The notes beneath the pieces were generated by a model. That model made no database searches. It worked only from the letters and a program-made list of their open reading frames with translations, and was not told where the DNA came from. Shown here piece by piece: positions 10,162-20,223 of a stretch of 64,000 nt of DNA. The DNA comes from Roseibacillus sp. (GTDB lineage: Bacteria > Verrucomicrobiota > Verrucomicrobiia > Verrucomicrobiales > Akkermansiaceae). The stretch covers positions 1,760,001 through 1,824,000 of the forward strand of contig JBPOGI010000001.1 in NCBI GenBank assembly GCA_051251855.1. The letters run 5' to 3'. The number at the start of each line of letters is the position of its first letter. Position 1 is the first letter of the stretch. The position numbers and the translations under genes were made by a program.

Positions 10162-10953
10162 TCACCAAAGCCCCAGCTTCCCCGTCGCCACCGCATACCA
10201 GCCCATCAGCAAATTCGCCACCCCGTGCATCACCACGCAAGCGCCTAAGCTCTTGGTCCAAATCGCACAGAGATACATCACCGTTCCAAAGGCAATCGCT
10301 CCCGCATAATCAATGGGCGCATGCGCAATCATGAACGCCAAAGTCACCACCCCGTAGGTCAACCAACTCGGTTTCCCGAACGGCACCTTCCAATAGTTGC
10401 CATCGCGATCGAGCAACCAACGCATCAAAAAACCGCGCCAAAAAATCTCCTCCACCAACGAAACAATCACCACCGCTCGAAAGAACCGGAGCGACAACGA
10501 AGTCCAATCCGCCGCACTATCAAACGCCAACGCGTTCGCCCCAAACATCCTGGCATCAAAACCATCCAAACGCTCCTGCACCCCGAGGCGCTTCAGCCAT
10601 CCCGGAACATCCTCATCCGAGGCAAAGCCCATCCACTCGTAGGTTTGCGTCGGCAACAACCAAAACCCAATTCCAATTGCTCCCAACACCGCCCCGATCA
10701 GACTCGTCTTCCAGGACCAATTAAAATCGAACTTCTTCCACCAAAAAACTAACAACCCCAAACAGATAACACTCTGCATCGGGTAAATCCACTGGTCCGC
10801 ATCACGACGCCACCAGGGCAAATCAGAATGGTCTCGAAAGAAGCCATCAAAGCTCCCCACTACAAAACCCACCACCCCCATAAAGATAAGAAAAGCCATC
10901 AACGGCACCACATGCGCCAGATTCTTGTCTGCTCTGATTTTCTGAAGGTCCAT
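10162..10953 (-). CDS. CAAX prenyl protease-related (CPBP) intramembrane protease
   Basis: EEIFWRG, FMIAH and HGVAN motifs; multiple TM helices. Confidence 0.85.
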   Translation of the reverse strand: MDLQKIRADKNLAHVVPLMAFLIFMGVVGFVVGSFDGFFRDHSDLPWWRRDADQWIYPMQSVICLGLLVFWWKKFDFNWSWKTSLIGAVLGAIGIGFWLLPTQTYEWMGFASDEDVPGWLKRLGVQERLDGFDARMFGANALAFDSAADWTSLSLRFFRAVVIVSLVEEIFWRGFLMRWLLDRDGNYWKVPFGKPSWLTYGVVTLAFMIAHAPIDYAGAIAFGTVMYLCAIWTKSLGACVVMHGVANLLMGWYAVATGKLGLW

Positions 10954-10977
10954 AAGTGAAGATATAAAAGAGAGACG

Positions 10978-12156
10978 CTATCCCAACCGCCCCACAAACG
11001 CCTCCATCTTATCCATCGCCAATTCCAACTGGTCGAAAGCAGTAGCATAACAACAACGCAGGAACCCTTCCCCTCCCTCACCAAAAGCCGTCCCCGGCAC
11101 CGCCGCGACATCTTCCTCTTCTAACAATTTCAAAGCAAACTCCTGACTCGTCAGCCCAAACTTCGTGATATCAGGAAAGACATAGAACGCGCCTCCCGGC
11201 GAGTGGCACTCTAAACCCATCTCATTCAGCCGCCGCACCACGAAATCACGCCTAACCTTGTAGTCCTGCCGCATATTTTCCACCGCAACCAAGGAGTCGG
11301 GATTATCAAGAGCTTCCAGCGCCGCCACCTGACTCGTAATCGGGGCACAGAGCATCGAATACTGGTGAATCTTCATCATCGCGTCCGTCAAGGGAGCAGG
11401 CGCACACGAGTATCCCAAGCGGAACCCCGTCATCGAAAACGCTTTCGAAAATCCGTGCAACAAAATCGTCCGCTCACGCATCCCCGGCAGACTCGCAATC
11501 GAAACATGCTTCTCCCCATCATAGCGCAGCTCCGAATAAATCTCATCCGTCAGCACAATCAGATCATGCTCAATCGCAATCTGAGCGATGCCCTCTAATT
11601 GCTCCCGAGAACAAACCGCACCCGTCGGATTGGTGGGAAAGTTTAGCATAATCACCCGCGTCCGATCCGTCACGGCCGCCTTCACTGCTTCCGGAGTGAG
11701 CGCAAAGCCATCCTCCTTCTTCGTCGTTACCTCCACCGCCTTGCCGTGAGCCATCACCACACTGGGCGAATAGGAAACATAACAGGGTGCATGATAAATC
11801 ACCTCATCCCCCGGATTCAGCAGTGCACGCAACGCTAGGTCCAGCGCCTCACTCACTCCCACCGTGATTAAAATCTCACTATCGGCATCATACTCGACAT
11901 CGAAGAAGCCTTTGCAGTACTTCGAAATCGACTTCCGCAAGCTCAACAACCCCAGATTGGAGGTATAGCTCGTTTGCCCTTTCTCCAAAGACTCAATGGC
12001 CGCGGCCCGAATGTTCCAAGGCGTCGGAAAATCTGGCTCTCCCACCCCCAGCGAAATGACGTCATCACGCCCAATCACGAGCTCGAAAAAGTCACGAATA
12101 CCTGACCGCGGAACCTTGCCCACTTGGTCTGAAATTTTACCTTCGTAGTCAATCAT
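10978..12156 (-). CDS. PLP-dependent aminotransferase class I/II
   Basis: GEPDF, NPTG, DEIY, GFSKAFSMTGFRLG. Confidence 0.92.
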   Translation of the reverse strand: MIDYEGKISDQVGKVPRSGIRDFFELVIGRDDVISLGVGEPDFPTPWNIRAAAIESLEKGQTSYTSNLGLLSLRKSISKYCKGFFDVEYDADSEILITVGVSEALDLALRALLNPGDEVIYHAPCYVSYSPSVVMAHGKAVEVTTKKEDGFALTPEAVKAAVTDRTRVIMLNFPTNPTGAVCSREQLEGIAQIAIEHDLIVLTDEIYSELRYDGEKHVSIASLPGMRERTILLHGFSKAFSMTGFRLGYSCAPAPLTDAMMKIHQYSMLCAPITSQVAALEALDNPDSLVAVENMRQDYKVRRDFVVRRLNEMGLECHSPGGAFYVFPDITKFGLTSQEFALKLLEEEDVAAVPGTAFGEGGEGFLRCCYATAFDQLELAMDKMEAFVGRLG

Positions 12157-12638
12157 GGCGAAACCAACAGACGATCACCCTCAGAATTGCCCCCAAAGAG
12201 AAATCCGCTCTCTTTGTATGTCTTTAGTCGGAAATGAGTCGCCGTCGACAACACCCCCTCTAACGAGCTCAATTTCTCACTCACAAAGCGCGCCACCGAC
12301 ATCAAATCCTCCCCACTGACCATCACCATCAGGTCATAGCCCCCGCTGGCCAGATAACAGCTTTCCACTTGGTCGAACTTCGCAATCCGCGACGCCAAGC
12401 GGTCGAAGCCACCGCCACCTTCAGGTGTCAATCTCACCTCAATAAAGGCCGAAACTCCCGCCTCCTTCGCTTTCGCAGTATCAATCACCGCTTGATACCC
12501 AAGAATCAGACCGTCCGCTTCCCAGGCCGCAACTTTAGCTCTCACCTCGTCTTCGGGCATAGAAAACCTCTCCGCAAGCGACGCCAGAGACTGACGTCCC
12601 TCGCGCCTCAACACTTCCAGCATCGGGTCAAGCGACAT
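12153..12638 (-). CDS. Lrp/AsnC family transcriptional regulator
   Basis: N-terminal HTH, GYQAVID, C-terminal RAM domain (SGGYDL); coupled to the aminotransferase. Confidence 0.88.
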   Translation of the reverse strand: MSLDPMLEVLRREGRQSLASLAERFSMPEDEVRAKVAAWEADGLILGYQAVIDTAKAKEAGVSAFIEVRLTPEGGGGFDRLASRIAKFDQVESCYLASGGYDLMVMVSGEDLMSVARFVSEKLSSLEGVLSTATHFRLKTYKESGFLFGGNSEGDRLLVSP

Positions 12639-12805
12639 GCCTTGCAAATAACGCCCCCCCCACAATAAGTCGAGGCCAATACCAGCTGAAAGGAGCCTTC
12701 AACACCGCTTAACAAGAGTTTAACAAGCGGAAGCTATACTCATCCTTGCGTTCCCCTATAATCAATGGGATCTTACTTCAGTTCGTTCCTACTCAACCGA
12801 GTGCC

Positions 12806-13321
12806 ATGAGAAAGCCCACTCCTCTCCCCCTCGCCTGCCTTGCTCTTCTGCTGGTCCTCGTTTTCGTCGTCACTTTGCTTTCTCCAAAGAACCAAGACAG
12901 CCCCCTCCCACAAGACTCCCCTTTGACTGCCTCAGCCCCCCCATCTGAGCAAAAAACGACCAACACCCGCCCCAAAGAATACGTTATCAAAGGCCTCACC
13001 CAGTTTTCCAATCCGCAAAAATCGAAGCCAACCTCCCCCTCCCTCAATCCCTCGCAGGACAGCGTCGCGCCCGCGCACCGTCCTCTTCAGCAAGAGCTCC
13101 TGCAAAGACGTCTCCTCCGCGACGAAAGCCTCCTTACGAGAGAGTTGCTCGCCGACGGCACCGAGCTCATCCACCTCAATGGCACCCAAGGCCACTTTTC
13201 AGCAGCCTCTATCGCTCCCGATGGCACAATAGAGACCCAATGCCATAGTAGCTTTGAGGGTCTCATCAACCAAGCCTCCCTTCCTGTAACCGCAGCTGCC
13301 GTCCCCTCTTCCACGAAATGA
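12806..13321 (+). CDS. Exported hypothetical protein, possible separate propeptide
   Basis: Signal/TM N-terminus; C-terminal DGTELIHLNG...APDGTIETQC motif; ATGA overlap with the next gene. Confidence 0.6.
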   Translation: MRKPTPLPLACLALLLVLVFVVTLLSPKNQDSPLPQDSPLTASAPPSEQKTTNTRPKEYVIKGLTQFSNPQKSKPTSPSLNPSQDSVAPAHRPLQQELLQRRLLRDESLLTRELLADGTELIHLNGTQGHFSAASIAPDGTIETQCHSSFEGLINQASLPVTAAAVPSSTK

Positions 13322-15144
13322 ATTTTCTTTCCCTCCTAGTCTCCTTGGCACTCGCCACTAGCACCCTTTGGGCCCAAAGCCAGAGCGCCACTTTCGTATT
13401 CATCTCCACCGATGCTGCCGGCGAAGGCTTTAACGACACCACCCCTCGCTCTGAGGTTGAAAGCAGCCTCCTAGGTGATAACCCGGGCACCACCTTAGGA
13501 GAAATTCGGCAAAACGTGCTCACCAAAGCAGGTGACCGCTGGTCCGAACTCCTCCTCAGCAACGTCCCGATTCGAGTGGAAGTCGACTACGAAGATTTCG
13601 GTGGTTCCTCAGGCGGCTCCATCACCCTCGCAGGTGCCTTGAACACCACCGTCGCCCAGAATTTCACCAACGCCCCGCTGCCCAACACCCTCTACCCAAT
13701 TGCTCTCGCCAATAGCCTCGCGGGCATCGACCTCTCCACGCAATCCGATATCGAAGTCTCCGTCAACGCCAACGCCGAACTCAACGATACCCAGACCGGC
13801 AGCTTCACTTGGTATTATGGTTTCGACGGCAACGGTCCCTCAGGAACGGTCGATTTTCTCGACGTCATCAGCCACGAACTCGGCCACGGTCTCGGATTTG
13901 CTTCCAACGTGAGTAGCACCACTGGAGGCTACTTTGGCGGAAGCCCTAATGCCTTCGCCTCCCTCATCTATGATGCCAGCTTAGAACTGCCATGGACACA
14001 AATGACCGCTGCCCAGAGAGTCACCTCGTCAACCTCTGACCCCAACCTCACTTGGAACGGCCCCAACGTCACCGGAGCCATCAACGGAATCGAATCGTTT
14101 GTATCCCAAGGGAGTAATATCTCGGACGACAACACTTTCGCTGCCATCCAAGCAGCCTTCGGAGGCAGTATCCCTGCCACCGGGACCTCCGGGAGCCTAG
14201 TTCTCGTCGACGATGGCGTCGGAGAGGAACTCAGTAACGGAGTCGGCTCCACTGCCGACTTGGTCGAAGAAATTCAAAACGGAGCGGAAGTCTCCGGCAA
14301 TATCGCGCTCATCGCTCGCGGCCTAGTGAACTTCGACCTCAAAGTCGTTCGTGCCGAAAACGCCGGAGCCATTGCCGCCGTGGTCTACAACAACGTCGAT
14401 GGCGATGCTCTCCTCACCCCCAGTGGCGGCACCGGCGAGAACGTTCCCACCATCCCCATGGTTTTCATTTCAGAAAATAGCGGCAACGAGTTGCGGGCCC
14501 TTCTCACCGACGACGTCGTTCTCACCATCTTCAATAACAGAGTCGTTGTCCAAACCGAGAACCCACCCCCCACCATCACCCGCCTTCGTCTGCACGCCCC
14601 CGCCACCTTCGAGACAGGGTCATCCATCTCCCATTGGACCAACGACTCCTTCCCCAATCTCCTCATGGAGCCCTCCATCAACAACAACCTCACCCCAGAC
14701 CTCGATCTTTCTGTCCTTCTCATGAAAGACATCGGCTGGAACACCCAGAACATCGACATCCCCTACCTCACCTACGACTTGTGGCTTGCCGAGACCGGTC
14801 TCGATGACGAAGCAAGCAACACCGCGCAAGACGACGATTTCGACAACGATGGTCTTTCTAACATCGAGGAATACTACCATGGCACCGACCCCTTCACTCC
14901 ACAGCCACCTCAACTCGAACTCGTCCTTGAGGATGGCACCCTCCAACACCAGCGCTCCACCCTCTCCAACGACCTCATTCTCGAGTATCAAAGGGGCGAG
15001 ACGCTCACTGACTTCACCACTTTTTCCGCATCCGAAACGACCTCCTCTCTGGACGAGCCATTCGAAGACACCGAAATAGACATCGACCTCAACGAGGTTC
15101 GCCAATTCTTCCGCCTCCGCATCCAAGCTTTGGAAGGCAACTAA
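13318..15144 (+). CDS. Secreted zinc metallopeptidase with PA domain
   Basis: Signal peptide; HELGHGLGF zinc motif; PA domain (IALIARG...KVVRAENAGAIAAVVYN); SISHW...LMEP. Confidence 0.8.
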   Translation: MNFLSLLVSLALATSTLWAQSQSATFVFISTDAAGEGFNDTTPRSEVESSLLGDNPGTTLGEIRQNVLTKAGDRWSELLLSNVPIRVEVDYEDFGGSSGGSITLAGALNTTVAQNFTNAPLPNTLYPIALANSLAGIDLSTQSDIEVSVNANAELNDTQTGSFTWYYGFDGNGPSGTVDFLDVISHELGHGLGFASNVSSTTGGYFGGSPNAFASLIYDASLELPWTQMTAAQRVTSSTSDPNLTWNGPNVTGAINGIESFVSQGSNISDDNTFAAIQAAFGGSIPATGTSGSLVLVDDGVGEELSNGVGSTADLVEEIQNGAEVSGNIALIARGLVNFDLKVVRAENAGAIAAVVYNNVDGDALLTPSGGTGENVPTIPMVFISENSGNELRALLTDDVVLTIFNNRVVVQTENPPPTITRLRLHAPATFETGSSISHWTNDSFPNLLMEPSINNNLTPDLDLSVLLMKDIGWNTQNIDIPYLTYDLWLAETGLDDEASNTAQDDDFDNDGLSNIEEYYHGTDPFTPQPPQLELVLEDGTLQHQRSTLSNDLILEYQRGETLTDFTTFSASETTSSLDEPFEDTEIDIDLNEVRQFFRLRIQALEGN

Positions 15145-15432
15145 ATGAAACTTTCTGACGACATCACCAGCGCGCGCCTCCTCAAAGTCAAAGGCCTCCT
15201 TTTCGCCGCTCTTGGGCTCGTCGCCAGCACTCTACTCCTCATCACCAGCCCCACCCTCTCGACCGCAATTCTTCTCGCCATCGCCATTTGGGCCTTCTGC
15301 CGTTTCTACTACTTCCCCTTTTACGTTCTCGAAAACTACGCCGGTCAGAAGCGCCCTTATTCAGGACTCTGGGATGCCCTCCGCGAAGCAGTGAAGATGA
15401 AAGAATCCACCCACAAAGAGGACTCGCAATAG
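15145..15432 (+). CDS. Small membrane protein
   Basis: Two TM helices; WAFCRFYYF..YVLE motif. Confidence 0.65.
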   Translation: MKLSDDITSARLLKVKGLLFAALGLVASTLLLITSPTLSTAILLAIAIWAFCRFYYFPFYVLENYAGQKRPYSGLWDALREAVKMKESTHKEDSQ

Positions 15433-15457
15433 AGGCCATTCTTCCTAAACTTCGCCC

Positions 15458-15892
15458 ATGAATTCCGAAAACGGTCCTCCGCCACTCCAACAACACCAGC
15501 AACCACCGCCCGGGCTTCCACATCAAGTCATTACCCACCCCGACAACCCACACGCCCCCTACGCTCCCAACGACGACGAGCGCACCATGGCCATGCTCGT
15601 CCACCTCCTTGGACTTCTGACTGGCTTCGTCGGCCCGCTCATCCTCTGGCTCGTTAAACGAGAGACATCTCATTACATCGACCACCACGGCAAAGAGTGC
15701 GTTAACTTCATGATCACCACCCTTATCGTCTCTATTCCCATGCTTTTCATCGTGTTCATCACTTTCGGCATCGGATTTATCCTCTACATCCCTTGGATCA
15801 TCATGATTTACGTCTTTGACATCATGGCCTGCATCCAAGCCTACAAAGGCTCCTGGCACCGTATCCCCCTCACCATCCGCCTGATCAAATAA
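15458..15892 (+). CDS. DUF4870 (Tic20-like) membrane protein
   Basis: DERTMAMLVHL...GPLILWL...HGKECVNF...IPLTIRLIK. Confidence 0.85.
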   Translation: MNSENGPPPLQQHQQPPPGLPHQVITHPDNPHAPYAPNDDERTMAMLVHLLGLLTGFVGPLILWLVKRETSHYIDHHGKECVNFMITTLIVSIPMLFIVFITFGIGFILYIPWIIMIYVFDIMACIQAYKGSWHRIPLTIRLIK

Positions 15893-16095
15893 TACCATTT
15901 GAGCGGTTCAATTGGTGTAATGGTCGGAGTCAGGTTTTCCAAGACCAAGGCGCGCCGAGGGAGGAGTGCGGGCACTCTGACCGAGACGTAACGCCGGTAT
16001 TGGGAAACTTGACCCGGCTTTCTGAGTGCTCGCGCAGCGCTTTTCTTAAAACCCAAAATAAAACCATTGCATCAATTTAACTGTGAGAATGGTAT
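15892..16095. mobile_element. MITE-like element with nested inverted repeats
   Basis: Ends ataccatt / aatggtat; ggttcaattggtgtaatggt pairs with accattgcatcaatttaact; inner stem 15929-15946 / 15996-16013. Confidence 0.55.
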
Positions 16096-16098
16096 AAT
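16090..16098 (+). promoter_or_regulatory. Extended -10 promoter element upstream of secA
   Basis: TG-G-TATAAT, perfect TGn-TATAAT consensus about 85 bp before the secA ATG. Confidence 0.45.
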
Positions 16099-16182
16099 CG
16101 CCTTGATAAGGCACACGCCTGCCTTGCGTCCCAGCCCACGCGCGTGTAAGAGTCCGCCTTTCAAGCTCAGCGCAACAATTTC

Positions 16183-19100
16183 ATGCTTAAGTGGACTCTC
16201 CAAAAAATCGTCGGGACTAAGAACCAACGCGAAGTCAAACGACTCCGCCCAGTCGCGGCCAAAATCAACGAAATCGAAGAAGGCCTTCAAAAAGAACCCG
16301 AATCTATTCTCGTTGAGAAAACCCGTGTCTGGCAGGCAAAACTGCACCGTTTTCTCCCTCTTCACACCCCAACCAAGCGCACCATCGAGCAACTCGAGCC
16401 CGAGCCCTTGGCTGAACTGACCGCCATGGTTTCGGCCCGAATCGAAGCCTTGCGCCCCGATTTTCCCAGCCTTCCTCAGGTTACCGCTTCTCCCGCCTCC
16501 ATCGAGGAAGCCAAAGAAGCCTTCCGCGGCATCGAAGACCAATTTCCCAAGCTCCGCGAAAAATATCTCGAGGAAATCCTCCCCGAAGCCTTCGCTGTCG
16601 TCAAAAACGGAGCCCGTCGTATGTGCGGCCAGACCATCAACGTCGCCGACCAAGACCTCCTCTGGGAAATGGTCCACTTCGACGTTCAGCTCGTCGGCGG
16701 AACTGGCCTTCATCGCGGTATCATCGCCGAGATGCAAACAGGTGAAGGCAAAACCCTCGTCGCCACCCTTCCGGTCTACCTCAACGCCCTCACCGGTATG
16801 GGCGTGCACGTGATCACCGTCAACGACTACCTCGCTCGACGCGACTCCGAGTGGATGGGCTCCCTCTACCGCTACCTTGGCCTTACCGTCGGCTGCATCC
16901 AGAATGCCCAGCCCCCCCAAGAGCGCCGCGACCACTATGGTTGCGACATTACCTACGGCACCAATGCCGAATTTGGTTTCGACTACCTGCGCGACAACGG
17001 CATGGCCTCCTCCACCAGCCAACAGGTCCAGCGTGGACACTACTTCGCCATTATTGACGAAGTCGACTCCATCCTCATCGACGAAGCTCGAACTCCACTC
17101 ATCATCTCCGGTCCATCCACCGTCGCCACTTCCACCGAGAAGTATGTCGAATTCAAGGGCATGATCGAACAGCTCGTTAAAAAGCAGAACGGACTCTGCG
17201 CCGAGCTTGCTGCCGAAGCCAAAAAACAAATGGACGACGGCGAACCCGAAGAAGCAGGCCGCACCCTCTTCAAGCTCAAGCTCGCCCAACCACGTAACCA
17301 ACAGTTGATGGGCTTCATGGAAGACCCAGACACTCGCCGTATTGTGGAGAAAGCCGAGCTCGCGATGTATCAGGACACCCAAAAGAAGGACCTCTACGCC
17401 GCGAAAGAAGAACTCTATTACACCATCGACGAGAAAGCGCACGACGCCGACCTCATGGAGATGGCCCGCGAATTCCTTTCCCCCGGGGACCCCGAATCCT
17501 TCGTCCTCCCCGACCTCGCCGGAGCCTACGCCGACATCGATGCTCAGCTCGACATCGATGACCAGACCCGAGCTCAGATGAAGGAAGACGTCACCGCCAA
17601 GCTCGATGCTCAAGGCGAAAAGATGCACGTCATCTCCCAGCTGCTCAAAGCTTACTGCATCTACGAGAAAGACGTCGAATACGTCGTTCAAAACAACCAA
17701 GTCGTCATCGTCGACGAAAACACCGGTCGCGAGATGCCTGGCCGCCGCTGGTCCGACGGACTCCATCAAGCCGTTGAAGCCAAAGAAAACTGCGAGATCG
17801 AAGCCGAGACCCAGACCTACGCCACCATCACGATCCAGAACTACTTCCGTCTCTATCTCAAGCTTGCCGGTATGACCGGAACCGCTGAGACCGAAGCCGC
17901 CGAGTTCAAGGACATCTACAACCTCGACGTTCTCCCCATCCCCACCAACCGCCCTAACCAGCGCGAGGACCTCAACGACCAAGTCTTTAAAACTCGTCGC
18001 GAAAAAGAGAACGCCGTCATCGCCAAGATTCAGGAAGCACACGACAAAGGCCAACCCGTCCTCTGCGGAACTGCTTCCGTCGAATCCTCTGAGAACCTCT
18101 CCCGCCTCCTTAAAAAGGCCAAGATTACCCACAAAGTTCTCAACGCCAAATTCCACCGCCAGGAGGCGGAAATCGTCCAAGCCGCGGGCCAAAGTGGCTC
18201 CGTCACCGTCGCCACCAACATGGCCGGTCGCGGAACAGATATTAAGCTCGGCGAAGGCGTCCCCGAAGCCGGCGGACTGTTCGTCCTCGGCACCGAGCGC
18301 CACGAATCACGCCGTATCGACCGTCAGCTGCGCGGACGCTGTTCCCGTCAGGGCGACCCCGGCATGTCCCAGTTCTACATCTCCTTCGAGGATGACCTCA
18401 TGCGCAATTTTGCCGCTGCCGACCGCATGACCAGCATGATGGAACGCTTCGGAATGGAAGAAGGCGAAGCCCTCGAGCACAAGTGGCTCAACCGCTCCGT
18501 CGAAACCGCCCAAAAGCGCGTCGAGCAACACCGCTACCGCCAGCGTAAATACGTCCTCGATTTCGACGACGTCATGAACAATCAGCGCGAAGTCGTCTAC
18601 GGCTACCGCAACGAAGTTCTCAGCAGCGAAGACCCCCGCGAACTTCTCTATGAACTGATCGAAAAAGTGATTCCTGAGAAAGTTGACTTCTACATCAACC
18701 AACGCGACGAAGGCTCCTCGGACATTGTTGAGCTCATCGGCTGGGCTAATACCACCTTCCCTCTCCGTCTCGACCGCGACGAAGTCAAATTCGAAGAGAA
18801 AGAAGCCGACGAAGTCGCCACTTTCATCCTCGAAAAAGTCAAACAAGCCTACGAACTTAAAGTTAGCCACGAGCACCCTCAGATGCTCGACGACCTCGAG
18901 CGCCAAATCATCCTCGTCGCCATCGACCGTCAGTGGCAACAACACCTTTACAACATGGACTCCCTCCGCGACGGCATCAGCCTCCGCGCTCAAGGCCAAA
19001 AGGATCCCCTCGTCGAGTATAAGAACGAAGCCTACAAGCTCTTTGAAGAACTGATGGGTAATATCGAAGAGGAAGCCCTCGGCAACCTCTTCCGCTCCAC

Positions 19101-19353
19101 TACCAACCTCGAAGCCTACGAGAACTTCCTCCAGAACCTGCCCATGCAACTCGGTGGCGACGCACCCTCACCCGGTCAAGTCGCCCAAAGCAACATGTCC
19201 GTCACCACTAACGTCGGCGACATTAAGCCCAATAAGCCCGAGCTCAAACTGAACCTACCCAAACGCCGCCCCACCGTCAAAGTCGGTCGTAACGACGACT
19301 GCCCCTGCGGATCCGGCAAAAAGTTCAAATCCTGCCACGGCCAAGAAGAATAA
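16183..19353 (+). CDS. secA: Preprotein translocase subunit SecA
   Basis: [53 protein letters not shown]. Confidence 0.98.
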   Translation: MLKWTLQKIVGTKNQREVKRLRPVAAKINEIEEGLQKEPESILVEKTRVWQAKLHRFLPLHTPTKRTIEQLEPEPLAELTAMVSARIEALRPDFPSLPQVTASPASIEEAKEAFRGIEDQFPKLREKYLEEILPEAFAVVKNGARRMCGQTINVADQDLLWEMVHFDVQLVGGTGLHRGIIAEMQTGEGKTLVATLPVYLNALTGMGVHVITVNDYLARRDSEWMGSLYRYLGLTVGCIQNAQPPQERRDHYGCDITYGTNAEFGFDYLRDNGMASSTSQQVQRGHYFAIIDEVDSILIDEARTPLIISGPSTVATSTEKYVEFKGMIEQLVKKQNGLCAELAAEAKKQMDDGEPEEAGRTLFKLKLAQPRNQQLMGFMEDPDTRRIVEKAELAMYQDTQKKDLYAAKEELYYTIDEKAHDADLMEMAREFLSPGDPESFVLPDLAGAYADIDAQLDIDDQTRAQMKEDVTAKLDAQGEKMHVISQLLKAYCIYEKDVEYVVQNNQVVIVDENTGREMPGRRWSDGLHQAVEAKENCEIEAETQTYATITIQNYFRLYLKLAGMTGTAETEAAEFKDIYNLDVLPIPTNRPNQREDLNDQVFKTRREKENAVIAKIQEAHDKGQPVLCGTASVESSENLSRLLKKAKITHKVLNAKFHRQEAEIVQAAGQSGSVTVATNMAGRGTDIKLGEGVPEAGGLFVLGTERHESRRIDRQLRGRCSRQGDPGMSQFYISFEDDLMRNFAAADRMTSMMERFGMEEGEALEHKWLNRSVETAQKRVEQHRYRQRKYVLDFDDVMNNQREVVYGYRNEVLSSEDPRELLYELIEKVIPEKVDFYINQRDEGSSDIVELIGWANTTFPLRLDRDEVKFEEKEADEVATFILEKVKQAYELKVSHEHPQMLDDLERQIILVAIDRQWQQHLYNMDSLRDGISLRAQGQKDPLVEYKNEAYKLFEELMGNIEEEALGNLFRSTTNLEAYENFLQNLPMQLGGDAPSPGQVAQSNMSVTTNVGDIKPNKPELKLNLPKRRPTVKVGRNDDCPCGSGKKFKSCHGQEE

Positions 19354-19364
19354 CAGGTCCGTCC

Positions 19365-19394
19365 CTGGGAGCGCTGGTCTTTGACCGGCCCCAC
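19365..19394 (+). repeat. Solo REP of the family flanking the RAYT
   Basis: ctgggagcgctggtctttgaccggccccac, 1 mismatch to the copy at 24083-24112. Confidence 0.8.
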
Positions 19395-19489
19395 CGACCC
19401 CGTCCCTTCTACCGGACCGCGAATCTTGAGCTCGCCCCACCGGTAAGAACGAACGCAGCACTAGACCACCCCATTCACGGCAGGGTTCT

Positions 19490-19690
19490 TTTTAAACAGA
19501 AGGCCGCAAAGGACGAGGTTCTAGTTTTCTAACCACCGCTCTGCGGGGCACGGCAGGAGATAAGGAGGAAAAAGGAGCTCGTCCGTCGTGGTTCCTCTAA
19601 CAGAAGGCACCGAACCGACTCCTTTTTCCTCCTGACCTCCCTTTAAAAAAATCTCCGCGTTCCCCACCGCCCTCCAAGTCTCTGCGATTA
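19490..19690. repeat. Intergenic inverted-repeat cluster (same family as 21300-21790)
   Basis: ggagataaggaggaaaaaggag (19556-19577) inverted with 19619-19640; shares the aaacagaagg and gcggggcac.gcaggagataaggag motifs with 21300-21790. Confidence 0.7.
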
Positions 19691-19700
19691 AAATCATCCC

Positions 19701-20138
19701 TCACTCCCCAATATCCTCATTCCACAGCTCCGGCTTCGCCTCAATAAACTCCTTCATCATCTTCACACACTCCTCACTCTTCACCACCTCAACCTCCACC
19801 CCACGCGACCTCAGCAACTCCTCTTCCCCCATAAAGGTCTCATTCTCCCCCACAATCACCTTCGGGATTCCATACAACAGAATCGCCCCACTGCACATGC
19901 TGCACGGCGAAAGCGTCGTATACAGCACACACTCCCGATAAACCTTCGCCGAAAGCCTCCCCGCCTTCTCCAGCGCATCCATCTCCCCGTGCAAAATCGC
20001 ACTCCCCCCCTGCACCCGCTGATTGTGCCCCCGCCCCAGAATCTTTCCCTCGTGCACCAACACACTCCCAATTGGTATGCCTCCTGCATTTAGTCCCATC
20101 TGCGCTTCTTCAATTGCTGCCTTTAAAAACGGATCCAT
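19701..20138 (-). CDS. Nucleoside/cytosine deaminase (CDA-type, FCY1-like)
   Basis: PIGSVL, HGE, SPCSMC zinc motifs, WNEDIGE C-terminus. Confidence 0.9.
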   Translation of the reverse strand: MDPFLKAAIEEAQMGLNAGGIPIGSVLVHEGKILGRGHNQRVQGGSAILHGEMDALEKAGRLSAKVYRECVLYTTLSPCSMCSGAILLYGIPKVIVGENETFMGEEELLRSRGVEVEVVKSEECVKMMKEFIEAKPELWNEDIGE

Positions 20139-20223
20139 AATGTCTAAAACTACGCTACACTGTCCCTCCTGCCCAGCACCTCTCTGGCCAAATCACCAAT
20201 AACTTTCCACAAACCACACCCTT

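Noticed and set aside
16072..19149. Long antisense ORFs (743 aa and 280 aa) opposite secA
   Set aside because: Shadow frames of a strongly codon-biased gene; no independent motifs
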